The notes: a model not told the origin generated them from the letters alone. DNA of 64,000 nt from Polymyxa betae A26-41 (GCA_003693705.1 RBZT01000989.1:1-64000); one strand, 5' to 3'. Counted from the first letter of the stretch, positions 1-20,500 are shown. Numbers and translations are program-made.

Positions 1-1347
1 ATTCACTGCCGAGCCACTCATGGTAGCTCTCTACCTCCCTCTTAAGAAACAAACAAATGCAATTATTCAGACATTGCAGAGACTTTAGATGAATTAGGAA
101 AATAACTAAATTGAAAGACAACGGGGCTGTGAGGGCGACAAGTGGGATTGGACAGCGATGACGTCAACGACAGTCAAGGAATAACAATGGCAAAAGACAT
201 CACTTTTCAGCTTTTTTTAGGTGGATCCGCACCTCCTTAGGGATTGAGGGCAATTAATTTATGGGGTGGACTATTGAATACGATACTAAACGGCAGCAGC
301 CTGGAAGCCGAAGAAATCGTCCAAGATCCGCGCCAATGCTACACAGCAGCCTTGCCATTCATTTCAGCATTGTTTACTATGTGATCCAAATGGAACGTCT
401 TTCGAAGTACCAACTTTGAGCAAATGGGGCATCAACAGCAGCATTTTAAAAAGACTGGAATTGCGTTTTTTTATTTAACTCTTGAATCGGCGTCCTCCAA
501 CTGAGTTTGCCCCCAAAACGATTGCAATATCGGTGTGCAATGGAATAAAAATTTCTACGTAGAATGCAAAAACCGAGTACAGTACTGTACTGCCTCTTCT
601 CAGGGAGTTAAAAGATTTTAGAAGAAAGTCTAAAAAATTCTTAGATCACAGAAAAAGCAGCTGAAGGAATGTCAGCTTCTATTTGTGAAAGATTAAGAAC
701 AGCCTGCCAGTCCAAGGGCTGGCGGGTTGCTTGGCTGACGTTGTCGTCGTGGTCGCCGTCAAGGTATTTCATCCATCAAATCGTGGAATTGGGTCACAAC
801 TGTCACTTACTCCTGAGAAATCGGTGTTGCAGCCCAAATATCGATCAAGAATTTCGGTCAATTTGGTTTAAGATTGGTATCGAGTGACGAACGTATATAA
901 CTACCTAAAGGACTTTTCTCCATTAATACGAACGACGAATATGTTCTGCATTGGGATAAACTTGCCCACAAAATGAAATCCTGAACAAGGAACAAACTTA
1001 ATATCCAAAAAATAGTAAAAAATACTGTAGTAAAACGTCTGTGTCTACCTAAACTTTTGTAATCACCAATCAACTTCCTAACAATATCAAACCGTTATAA
1101 ATAATAGTAGTAACTTAGTAAACTAACTTTCAAAATCGAGAAATAGGTTTTTGTTCCTCTTGATGAAAACTGCGTTCTATGTCTCGTTTACCCATCAGTC
1201 CCATCTATCTGCGGAAATACCGTATCCTATCAAAATTCCCGAGTTAAGCTGTCCGCAACGGTACTGAGTAGCAGCTTTATCATTTTAGCCATCTGCACTC
1301 TGGGCCGAGCTTACGAACTGAAATCCATTCTAATCACAGATGCATTT

Positions 1348-2221
1348 TTATAGGTCGTCCATTATCCACTGGCAGTCATTTGGGATAGACGAATCTGTCA
1401 TACTTGTTGCAAGACACACTCCCTATTTACAAAAGCTAAGTAAAAACGAAATTCTCATGGGCAAGTTACCTGTGCTGTTCTCCTTATCTCGCCGTGCAAT
1501 ATGGCAGCTTCGGCATTGGTTGAAATAGCTGCTCTTGCCTGAGCTTGATTCAAACCAATCAATGCACAAAGATTCATAACGTCGTAAGGATTTCGGATGG
1601 AGAGTGCACCAAGAGCTGAAGATGTTATAATAAGATTCTTCCCTTTGGTAACTCGGACCAGGTTCATGCAGTTGGACAAGATATGGTGTCGTGATGCTGA
1701 ATCTGCGATAATGGGTCCATAGGATATTTCAAAATAGATCCCTCGCGATATAGCAGAATCAACAGCAGGAAACTTTAGTTGGAAAGGAAGACGGCCAGAT
1801 AGATCGAGAGATATTATATCACAATCGATCGATTGGCAGCATTGATAGAAAAGCTTTTCAGAGGTAGGACGGACCGAAAGCAGGTCATAAGACTGAATGC
1901 ATGCATTATTCGACGACAATGAATGCACCTGTTGCAAATCTTCTAATAAAACATTTAATCTAGATTTCATAGAGAACGGCCTCGGGCTTGACAACGATAT
2001 GCCGATTGCTGGTTTTGGTGGAATTTTGATGGACGATTTCGAAAGAACCTTGCCGGTAACAGATTCAATTAGGGCAATACCATCGTAACCAACTATGTTA
2101 GCACTAAGATGAATCACAACGTATTACAATGACACATACAGTCCTTGAAGGTCTGAAGGGCAGGTGGACCTCTTTTCTGATGATTATACAGATCGGATGG
2201 AATACCCAGATCCCAGAACAT
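1348..2221 (-). CDS. RPP30: RNase P/MRP subunit p30 (Rpp1/RPP30), 3 exons
   Basis: ORF 1455-2117 has the RNase_P_p30 motifs ([45 protein letters not shown]). Spliced N-terminus MFWDLGIP starts at ATG 2221; the last exon GVCL...WIMDDL* ends at 1348. Confidence 0.88.
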
Positions 2222-2322
2222 TTCAAAGAGAGACAAATTTCAGAATTGCGCAGTCGCTCAGTCTATCTTTCTTTCGAATTTCGATTTCTCTACGGCTCCG
2301 ACTCACTGACATTTTGTTGCAA
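2222..2322. promoter_or_regulatory. ~100-bp bidirectional promoter region between RPP30 and UBA5
   Basis: Divergent start codons at 2221 (-) and 2323 (+). Confidence 0.55.
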
Positions 2323-3738
<1,416 letters not shown>

Positions 3739-3880
3739 ATGCCGTGAATCATCGAAAGATTTTCATAACGAGCACGGCTGTTTGTAATTCCTCTCCATCT
3801 GGGCATAATCCTGTTAAGTGTACATGATAACGAACGGTTCATAATGAAAACCGATACTGTTCATTGCATTAATATTCCAT

Positions 3881-4224
3881 TTAAGCCTTTTTGGCAGGTT
3901 CTGCCTCATAGATAATGGGAGGCTCATCGAACAAATGCATTTCGGGAGGCGACGAGATTAGCCATTCCAGAGTCCCATGCATAGTAGCATCAATTACATC
4001 GTCGGGGCCATAATCTTTAGGATCGTAGCTGATATATTAAGTATTAGACATAGAAGGCTACATACAGTAGGAATGTACCTCTGGATTTTCCAACCTTCCT
4101 CGTCACCGTCTTCGGGGAACGATTCTTTAGCTGCTGGTTTAGCTGCCGGTGACGCGAAAGCCCGAGTAGCTTTATTGTGAAGAGACGGTCGAAGACGAGT
4201 CCAAAAACGGATTGACGACAGCAT
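3881..4224 (-). CDS. Nucleus-encoded Cox1 C-terminal fragment (Cox1-c) with mitochondrial presequence, 97 aa, 2 exons
   Basis: Exons 4224-4079 and 4028-3881, GT-AG intron 4078-4029. Product MLSSIRFWTRLRPSLHNKATRAFAS...YGPDDVIDATMHGTLEWLISSPPEMHLFDEPPII; the TLEW..SSPP..H.F.E.P motif is the Cox1 C-terminal tail. Confidence 0.8.
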
Positions 4225-6401
4225 GACGGCGATCAAACCCAATAGAAGATGGATGCAGAATGTAAACTGTAGGCAACTTGATAACGCTGAATGGGTCCGG
4301 GAAGGGGTTCCGCCTTGCAGGCATTTGAGAGACCGGCTTCGTCATTCTCCAGCTATCTACCGCACCGCATCGAGTCCGAATTTCAGTTTTTTGGTAAACC
4401 ATTGTTGAACAACGAAAGAAGATTCCAAACGTTTTGTTTTTGAGACAAAGTTGTCAGTTTGCTTTCTACACAAATTGACGGCGTGAGATTGCGGTCTCGA
4501 ATATTTTCGTTGATCTGAACAGTAAACGTGCTTCTGTTTGATAGTGAAAAGTCATTGGTCGTACGAAACAAACGACCATTGATGAACGCCCATCAGGGTA
4601 TCATTCGAGGCTCTTTTAAAACAACCTCAGCTTCTGAAGCTATTGAGCTGTCAGTTTCATCAATTTTGGGAGGCTTCCAATGACCAGAAGATAACATCTC
4701 ACATCCTTGTGTTGTTTGACCGTGTTCCATTGAAATGGCTCATCGGTTAGATACGTTTTCTAGTTACGTTTGGAAGACTTCCTGTAGTTCAGAACAATCT
4801 CAAAGTGGTTGCTTTTGGATGTTTCTTTCAGTCTCTATACTTTATCGGTAATACTGTTAATAACAGCACCGGAAAACTATCAGCAGATTAGATAGCATGT
4901 GTTCCACTGATAGCACAATACCTGCTAGATAAAATTGGGCAATTGTAAAGGGAGCTTGGAAGATGTATGTCAGTATGTGTCGACTGCAAGCCGGGTGGGA
5001 GCCATTGAAGCTTCATAGCTAGTTGCCCAGTTCGGGTCAACTTTACAACTGGGACCTCATATCCATCTACAGCACGTGGTATCATGCTGAACACATCAAT
5101 GGTAGTAACTGATTGCCAGTGTGCCTTGCTTAGTATAGGATGAAGTCACAACAATATCGTAAGATCGGCATTGTAATGATGCCTGTATTAGAAATCAAAC
5201 AGGGGGAAGGCCCAGCCTCGCTCAGATTTACCCGAGTTGGCAAAAACAAACGATTTTCCAAAGAGTACAATTTGCAACTTGATTTTAAAGCTGAAAATCA
5301 TCAAACATCGTTGTTTAGTGGAGTTAAATATTATGGGAAGCTATAGCCTTTAGATCATAATATGCTTTACTACCTAAGGACTGTTCTCCTTTTCATCTTC
5401 CTCACCCGTTCCTGACATGCTGGATATGGCTTTAAAGACAACCAATCTCTCAACTATCGGATGGAGGCAATTCCTCTTTTTCGAATGAATGAAGGCTCGT
5501 GTCAAGAAGCTCCTTTCACACGAGGCAGTCGAGGCAGCCAGTGAGGAAAGGGGCCAATGAGTGCCATAAAAAACAGAATTGATAGGGGGTATTGGCCTTC
5601 TTTATCAACATATTATAGCGGGAAGAATACTGACTTTCTCAGCACGAGCACTGATAATGATCTCAGTTACGTATACTGCGAAAACAGCTCAACCATTGCA
5701 CTCGCAACGTCGGCATTCCCGACCTTCATACTGAAGAGTTTATCTTCAAATGATGGGTGAAGCTCGTTCACACTGTTTAGATCGAATTGGCACTGATTAA
5801 TAGTGATTACAGAGTTAATAAGGTATCCGCAACAGCACTGTAGCGCTAATAAGCTTCACAATTTCATGAATATTTATAAATGTTCCCAAAACGAGTCATC
5901 TCGAAAGTATAGATGCAACTCTCCGAACAGTTAGGTTTCTACGATTACTCGGGCTGCCGAACGCGAGCTCGTCAGTTAATCAAGTCCGAAGCTTTCGTAA
6001 CAGATGATCTGTTTGATCACTCCCAAGTAACATAATAAAAGATCGTCCGGCCGTCCCCGGCTCTGTATTCTCAGTGTTTCAAACGCTGATGTGTTTGATC
6101 AGAGCCTTGTAAACAGTTGACCCCGGAACCAAGCTCAGTAACCGTTGGAAGCGGATTTTATTTGAGAGAGAGACAGTGTGTCAAGAGTGAAGCATAAAAA
6201 AGCAGTGAGCCCTCCAGCAGTCGACGGCTGAAACGGCATATTGATTAAAAAGTGCTTGCTGTTACTAAGCTGCGTTTGCCGCCATTTCCGTCAGGTACGA
6301 GATCGATCAATCTCAAAAAATGTCGTCGTTGTTACCCTTGAGGGGTGTTTGCCCAATGTTCTTGTTTGGATTCCAAGACGAAATCATAGAAGGCCCACAT
6401 C

Positions 6402-8810
6402 ATGTTGATGTTAGTGCTGTTACTACAGGGCGCGGCCCAAGCCTCGTTACAGATCATGGAGGGGCCCCTGACAAACCGGTCGTACCCGGCAGTCCCGACA
6501 TCGCTGTTCATCGGTCCGCAGAATAACGTTACGGTGGTCGGCGAGCTGGTTTACGTTGCGGATCTGGATCCATGTAATCCAGATGGCCTGGACACTGCCA
6601 CGGTCGCGGGTAAGATGCTTCTATTGAATTGGGGCACCTGCAGTCGTGCGGTCCAGTACGATCTATGGGTCACAACAGGCGTCACTGCTCTTATCGGTGA
6701 GAATTCTCTTTCGTTCATACTGGTCACTTCATAAATTAAGGTTTTAAGTGTTGAATCCTTTTGACATTTTTCAACGTTGAAGATCATTTTTGCACTTTTT
6801 AAATAACTTTCAGATTGACGTTTCCAAACTTGGTTGCAATTTGATATTGGCTTAGTACAGAGCTCATATACACCTGTTGGGGTGGTCTGCTATCTACGCG
6901 ATGGTGTCGTGACAGCACTTAATCAGCAGGTCTTATTCGTTGAGGAAACCCAGAACACCGAACTAATCGCCGTCCTACTGGAGGCCTCCACCCGTGGCGG
7001 CCTACGAGTTGCACTGGCGCCGACCCGTACCCGTGGCTGGACATGTACGACAGCTGGCCGTACCAGTTGCTGGCATGTTACATCTCGTCGGCGTTGTTCG
7101 CTCTGAGTTATTGTCATGGACGTTCCTCTGGCGCCATATTGTACTGGTACGCCGGCGTAGGTCCAGCTGCGGACGGCGGCTGGCATTCCTGCGGTACCTG
7201 TTGCATGATCTGCAAGCTGCGCATCTGGGTCTGCTTGTCCAGGGTTGCGTCTCCGTCGTGCTGACCCCTAGTCCGTGTGCTGGGCCGGTACTTCTCCTCA
7301 GCGACGTTATCAGGACCCGTACATAGGTTCTTCGTGCCGGAGATGTATGGGTGGACGTCTTTGACGGCCTTGATCGTGTCGTCGATCTGGAATCTGGGCT
7401 GGCGTCGGGTCCGTGGCCTCGCTGCAGCAGTCTATGGTGCTCCGTGTATTGACAGGGCAGTTCCCTGTGGTCCGGGCTGCGCTCTACGGGTTTCTGATCG
7501 GATCCGATTTGGCGCTGTCATCAGCGGTGGCCATACTGAACATCGACTACCTGTCGCCGTATTTCACGCTGTTCTCGGTCATGGTTCTGATTACGTTACT
7601 CGTCGTGGCGTTACAGTTCTTAAGCAGTGCGATCCGGTTCGTGGTGCTGGCCCGCGCCAACCGCTTTAACACCATGCATGTTAGTAAGCGATCCAATCTC
7701 CTGTGTACAAGTGTTGAGACAGAGTCCAATTCTGGTGGCGCACGTCATACTCCCGCGACTGGCTGCGCCGTCTCCACTGGTCATCTCGAGGAAGGGAGGG
7801 TGCAACCCTCTGATGACAACGGTGCCAACAGTTGAAGACGGAGAAGTCCGTGGCGGAGTTTTGGTTTATATGGTAATGCCCTAATTCTATACTGTGATAT
7901 ATAATGCCTCCGGGCCATAATACAATTCATTCTGCTATTGATTGTGTTTAGCTCACATCGTTCTGAATCGTAGCCGCTTCCCGGAGCGAGAAATCCAACA
8001 ATGCACGAATATGTATCGCGTATGTGCAAGCTTGTCATCTGTCTCGGTCTTGTCATGTTAGTCAGCGTCGCCAACTGGATCTGTAATACTGTATTTATTT
8101 CTGGTTTTCAATTTTTCTAACGTTTGATTTGTTGTTTGTATCATGATAATGGCGGTTTCAATGAATTTACTGGAATAGCGTTAACAACCGAGTTGTAGGG
8201 TTTAGGGTTTGCTGACTATGAACATCCAATTACAAAATTTTAATTGATGTATCGTTCTTCTATTTTCTGTATGAAAGCACAAACTTTGATTTTGGCAAAA
8301 TTTGCAAGAACTTGAATGAAAATTATACTATCGCTGCCACTTACTTTATTGTATTTCACCTTTTTCTTTAGTTGTTTGTTTTTCAATCTATCAATGTCAA
8401 ATATTGGCTTCAGGGATCGGATTCGATCCACGCACCAAGACGCCGGATGGCTGGTTTCCGATCGTAACCGTGGCGACATGGGCACATGCCATCGCATGTA
8501 ACATTGTGGCCCTGTTACTGAAGCCAAAACTTACAGACTCGAGTGCCGGGTTGGCCGTCGTCCAGGGTGGCGCTCTACAGATGCTGCCGCAGGTTAAACG
8601 CGCCACTGTACAGCCCAAACATCTCAAGTCCAGCAACGTTACTGGATAGACGTGTTCCGTCAACGTTACGTCTATGCTACAGTACCAGTGGTGGATCACC
8701 GAGCAAGTCCTGCCTCGTCACATTGGTGGTCGCAATCACAAGCGGACTCTCATGTCGTCACGAAAGTTCGGATCTTCGAAACGAGCCGGATACGGTTGCG
8801 ATAACATAGC
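6402..8810 (+). pseudogene. Signal peptide + PA-like domain + multi-TM (7TM/GPCR-like) receptor, frameshifted
   Basis: MLMLVLLLQGAAQA signal; PA-like segment GELVYVADLDPC...VAGKMLLLNWGTCS...GVTALI. Hydrophobic helices continue across ORFs 7043, 7277, 7413 and 8404, joined by frameshifts (e.g. ~7020, ~7410) and stops. Exons are GC-rich. Confidence 0.6.
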
Positions 8811-8830
8811 CCGTAGCGCTGCAACAAATT

Positions 8831-9058
8831 GTAATATATATGAGAGATAAGCAATTACATGTCGGCGTTGATCTAAAGTCAGAGTATCTTATTGACAATG
8901 TGAAATGTGAGATTGAAGAATTCCTGGAAGTTCGAAGACACAAGCAGACGGGTGAATGTGGTGAAAATGATCAGGATAGTTGGGAGCCGAATGATAACCT
9001 TTGATATGTGACTGATCTAATAAAGAGATTCAACTTGACACAGGACACAGGCAAATGA
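8831..9058 (+). mobile_element. Decayed chromoviral Ty3/Gypsy integrase C-terminus/chromodomain remnant
   Basis: Translates VIYMRDKQLHVGVDLKSEYLIDNVKCEIEEFLEVRRHKQTGECGENDQDSWEPNDNL*YVTDLIKRF. It resembles the end of the 46110 pol (FYCDSKLNV...LERICDAR...ENPWCP), with an in-frame stop and the YLVKW segment missing. Confidence 0.55.
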
Positions 9059-9517
9059 AGGGATGTGAAATGGATATTTCTGTTCAACGCCAGCGTTGAG
9101 TAAACCTTCCTCCAGGTTTGTCCCATGAGATTTCTATGAGGATTTCCTGAGGGAAGCCCTTGAGCATAAGTGCCCTATATTCGAAGTAGCGTAAAATGTG
9201 TTTTCTATTCAAGTGTTCACGATTTGTTTGATCGGCGAAAATCCGTTTGCCTAATAGTCAAGGGGTTCGACATATTTCGCAAATTCGCGCGTTAGACACG
9301 TAGCTTATACAGTAGCCGTGAATTGTTTTGTTCCGATTTCTTATACTGTGCTTAGTGTACTGGGACTAGAAAATGATCACTGGAATAGTGCGCTCACCAC
9401 GCAGTTTTCGATAGGTCTCATGTCATGAAATACGTGCTACAGTCTTCCCCCCAATATAACGCCATTGTGTTGTTTCCGAATTGAACACAGGGGTTGTGTT
9501 TTGTTCGAAACCCTAAC

Positions 9518-9535
9518 ACAACACAGCTGTGTTGT
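9518..9535. repeat. 18-bp perfect palindrome ACAACACAGCTGTGTTGT within a larger imperfect hairpin (~9490-9552)
   Basis: Read directly. Flanked by CCTAA/TTAGG and GGGGTTGT/ACAGCCCC pairs. Confidence 0.7.
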
Positions 9536-10586
9536 ATTTAGGATACAGCCCCAAACTTCTCGAAGGTGACCAAACCTTCACGCCTGGAATAGACACAATT
9601 CATTCTGTCTGAATGCATACAAGAACGAATCAATCTCAGATTTTCAGACAGATTTTTTTGTACTCTGCTCGATTTTAGATCTTAGCATTACGTAATTCTG
9701 CACGACAACATTGATGACTATTTGCTGCTGTCAGAAAGCGATTTAGCTCTTCAAATTCCTCAAGTGAATTTGGCTCGAAGTCGACAAACCCCGACTACTT
9801 TTGAAACCTCGTTAATGACATCCGAAGAATTTCGACATCTAACAATTTCAAACGCCGAATGAAATATTTTGATTCCACTCTGAGCTGGAGCTCGATCACG
9901 ATCATCAACATATTCCTTTCCATCCAAAGGCTTTTTCAAAAAAATTTAGGAGATTTTGTCATCTAAACCGAATCTCCTTGACCACTACTGCAGCTGGCTT
10001 CTAAGTAACATTACTGCAATGATGTGAGAGCCATTCACTACTGTACAAACAGTCAATGAAATATTGCTTTCGGGAATTAAAAAATGATCCCAAAGCAATC
10101 TGCATCTGAGGAAAGTATGCTTTGGTGTCATCAAGTGATCAAATCAGTCGTGCATAATATTATTATGGTGCTCAATCAGAAACAATCCGAACCGTTTGGA
10201 GAAACGTGAATTATTGCAATAAATTAATTTAATAGTGATATGGTTCATATAACATGTCAGGCAAAACGGTAGAGAACTATAGGCGGGCAGAGTGCCATCA
10301 GAATAATCCTACTCATCTCTTGTGTTTTGTTGAACGATTCTGATTTCCTACCGATTTGCATCAGGAAAAAATGCGCGGCGCGGCCCGAAAAGGGGGGATT
10401 TCTGATTGCATTCGGTACAGGTGCCGACCAATCCGCCCAATCCGGTGCCATTGATAGACTTGCGTAGTGATTAAGTCGATGTCCAATTGACTTTCACAGA
10501 AGCCCAATTATCTCCCTATCTGGACGCCGACAGGGGCGTTCATTGCTCTAAAATAATTCCTGCTCCAGTGTTAATCAGATATCTGG

Positions 10587-16866
<6,280 letters not shown>

Positions 16867-17522
16867 AGCAGTCGATTCGGTGTTTAAGATTTGCTGGATT
16901 CATTGCTGAGCAAGTCAATTGTGCGTCATATTAATTTATAAAGTAATTCCAGTGTACTTTATTATCTGCTGGTATTAAGTGAACATCAGTGTTAAAATGA
17001 AGTTTATCTTTCAATACATCTGTCATATGTCAATTGAATGTACTGACTACAGTACACCAGCTTTGATCGCTGACATTTCCCAAAAGTTGCATGAAATCAC
17101 CTACGGAGTTGGGCTGTTCCACGGTGTCCGTCACGCATTCGGTTGGAATCGGGTTCCTTGAGAAATTTTAATTCTGGAGTGGCTGGCGCTCTCTAAAGGT
17201 GGCATCAATCTGGAATGCAAAATGCAGGACAATTTCCTGTATTCGTTGCTATCTAATAGAGCCACTGCACCTGATTATATTCGCCAATTGAAATCAATAA
17301 CGGTCAGTTACATCATTCAAAAGCTTAATGAGGAGGATTGAAACTGAGAAATATTTAGAATAACGATGTGAGCTTAATCAATAGAATCGCTCACCTGGGG
17401 CTCATGTTTCCTCATTTATCTAATATTATCTGCGACCAACTTCCAGATCGAATTGATTTGTCTCATAATGGGTAACCTATAGAGCAGACGCCCATATCGA
17501 CATCTCTTAACAATTTGTTAGG

Positions 17523-20500
17523 ATGACTTCATCGTTAGTGGCTCTACTACAGAGTGGGCTTCCATACAAACGAATCGTTCCTCTTATAGACAGCTGTGAT
17601 CTTCTCTCTCGCAGCCACAACGATCCCGATTCTAAGCGCGCTCTGCTTTTGTCATTGAAGATTTCAGAACCGAACGTCATTTATCATGACGAACGCCTCT
17701 GGCAGCCTGCCATCAATCGGCAACATACTGCCCGCGTACCATGCACGCCTTCGTCGCTGGTCGTGCTGGATCATCTGGTCCAGGCTCTAGAGTCACTACA
17801 GAATGCATATGATGCATCATTGCCGATATTGATATCTGGTCCTGGATCGTGCGGGAAATCTTCGTTGATTGATGCATTCGTGTCTACATTACCGACATCA
17901 AATCTGACTCGATTATTTATTGATAGCGGGACGGATTTGAAATCATTAATTGGAACATATTCATGTACAGAAGTTGCTGGACAATTCCGATGGGTTCCAG
18001 GGCCTATTGCATTAGCTGCTTTTAATGGTACTAATGTCGTCATCGAGGTACTTGGGAAACCCTAAAACCCTAGACCCTAACCTCACCTTTCTCGTCAGGA
18101 TTTGGATCGCGTCCCCGTTGATTTGATTCAGTCGTTACGTTCACTATTAGAATGTCGCCTATTGACAATACCAGAGCTTGGTCAGACCATACAAGCCCAT
18201 CCTAATTTCCGTCTATTCGCCACAAGATCAACCTCAACTACCTCTTCATTCCCACTTCATGCTCTATTCGCCAAGATCACACTACCAGCTTTGTCACTTT
18301 CAGATCTCCAACAAATCATCAGCAACCAGTTTGAATCACTTCGTCCTCATCTCCATCTCATCCTGCAAACGTACGCAACGGCGATCGCTGCGAATAGCGC
18401 CATTGGTGTTCGTGCCCTGCTTCGTCTCATTCGACGACTTGATCACATGCAGATTCCACAACGATTAACATCACATATTCGTGAACAGATCGTTCAGCAT
18501 GTTCATGTCTGTCTTGTTATCAATATGATGCCATCAGATGCACGTAATCAGCTCTCAGCTGCATTGGCCCAGATCTGGACCATCGACGATCGCAGAAACC
18601 ATTTCATTCTGCACGAACAAGTCCCGGAGACTGCACCGAGGACGCCCTCGCTGGCGCCGACCTCGTTCGCTCGCCGACTTCTCTGGCGTCTTTCAGGTGC
18701 TATTGAACAGAATGAGCCTGTTCTATTAGTAGGAGAGACAGGTAATGGGAAGACCGTCATTATCGAGGAGTTGGCATTACAGCATGGACGACGTCTTGTA
18801 GTTGTAAATCTATCACAACAGACAGATCCACAAGATCTTATTGGTGGATTTAAACCTATTGAGCTCAAATCAACTGCTATTCCCATACTGAATCAGTTCG
18901 CTTCATTGTTCCCCAAAACATTCTCTCGCTCAAACAATGTCCGTTTCTGTTATCGCTTTTGCGTTTTATTGCCTGAAATTCGTGTTTATTTCAATGTCAG
19001 TACCGTCACTGAAAGCTGATTGCCATTTAGGTCTCGTTCTTGCAATCTATAAGAAAGGCTTTCGAAGATGGGCGGTATCGCTCTCTGGCCACGATGCTTT
19101 TGTCTTGCTGTGAAATGGCTCTTGGGCGTGAATGTCGTCATAGCAAGCAATGGGTGCAATTGCAGGTAAGAGATTTGTCATACAATCAGATGTTGAGATG
19201 ACACATATTGTTTTAGGACGATGTAGAGAAGTATCTGGGTCAAGTTCGGCATCATGAATCTGGAGCTTTATCATTCGGATTTGTAGAAGGTGCTCTAACT
19301 CAGGCACTTCGTAATGGTGATTGGATTCTGCTGGATGAAATCAATCTGGCTTCAGCTGATGCTCTGCATTGTCTCTCATCTTTATTAGAATCTGCATCAT
19401 CATCATTAACATTATCAGAACATGGATCTGAACATGTTCCAAGACATGACGCTTTCCGTCTATTCGCTTGCATGAATCCACCAACCGATTCATGTCGTCG
19501 TCCACTTCACCCGACTTTCCGTCAACGGTTCTTGGTGCTATTCATTGATGATGTCACTGAGAAGAACGATCTATTGGCCATTGTTCATCATATGCTACCG
19601 ACATTACCGAAATCAATTGATTCACAAGCAATAGTGGATGCGTATCTGAAGTCCAGAGAGATGGCTCTGAATCATGTCTTATCTAGTGATGAAGGTCTAG
19701 GGTTTAGGGTTCCTCTATGTTTTACTGACTCGTGTTTATCAGAGGTTGGTGAACGTCCAACATATTCACTACGAACATTATGTCGTGCATTAAAATATGC
19801 ATATGAAACACATAGTACATTAACATTAGAGAGAGCTCTTTATGAAGGTCTTCAGCTCGCCTTTATTACACCACTTGATCCACGTTCAAGATTATTGACC
19901 TCTCCTATGTTCGACTCCATCGTCCGACCTGAACGACGTCGTTTTCAAAACCAGAATCTATCAGGTACTGGAATTTGACTGTTTGTTAATCTATCTGTTT
20001 GACGAGTTTCTAGACGACTTTGTTGAGATCTGCGGGTTCCCATTACGTCGTGGTCCGAATCCGATTGATGACGTTATCGGTGATGATTTTATTGTGACGG
20101 AGACTGTCAGTGGACGATTACGAGATCTAGCTCGAGTATTAGCTGGATCTACACCATTACCTGTTCTACTTCAAGGTCCAACATCAGCTGGGAAAACCAG
20201 TCTGGTCGAGTATCTGGCCAGGCGTACTGGACATCGTCTCATTCGTATCAATAATCATGAACATACTGATACTACTGAATATCTCGGGACATATTCGACA
20301 GATCCAGCTACAGGACGTCTGGCTTTCATTGAAGGTATGTTGTATCGATGATGTTATAGCTGTAGAGTGTTCATGTTGGTCTGTAAAGGTGCTCTGGTTC
20401 GTGCTGTACGTTATGGATATTGGCTCGTATTAGATGAACTCAATCTTGCACCATCTCAAGTATTAGAAGCACTTAATCGTCTACTTGATGATCATAGACA

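Noticed and set aside
340-435. Minus-strand peptide CPICSKLVLRKTFHLDHIV resembling an HNH endonuclease
   Set aside because: Flanked by stops, lacks the downstream N/CxxC residues, and is too short to distinguish from chance.
9560-10250. Possible decayed transposase
   Set aside because: No recognisable motif in the frames I translated.
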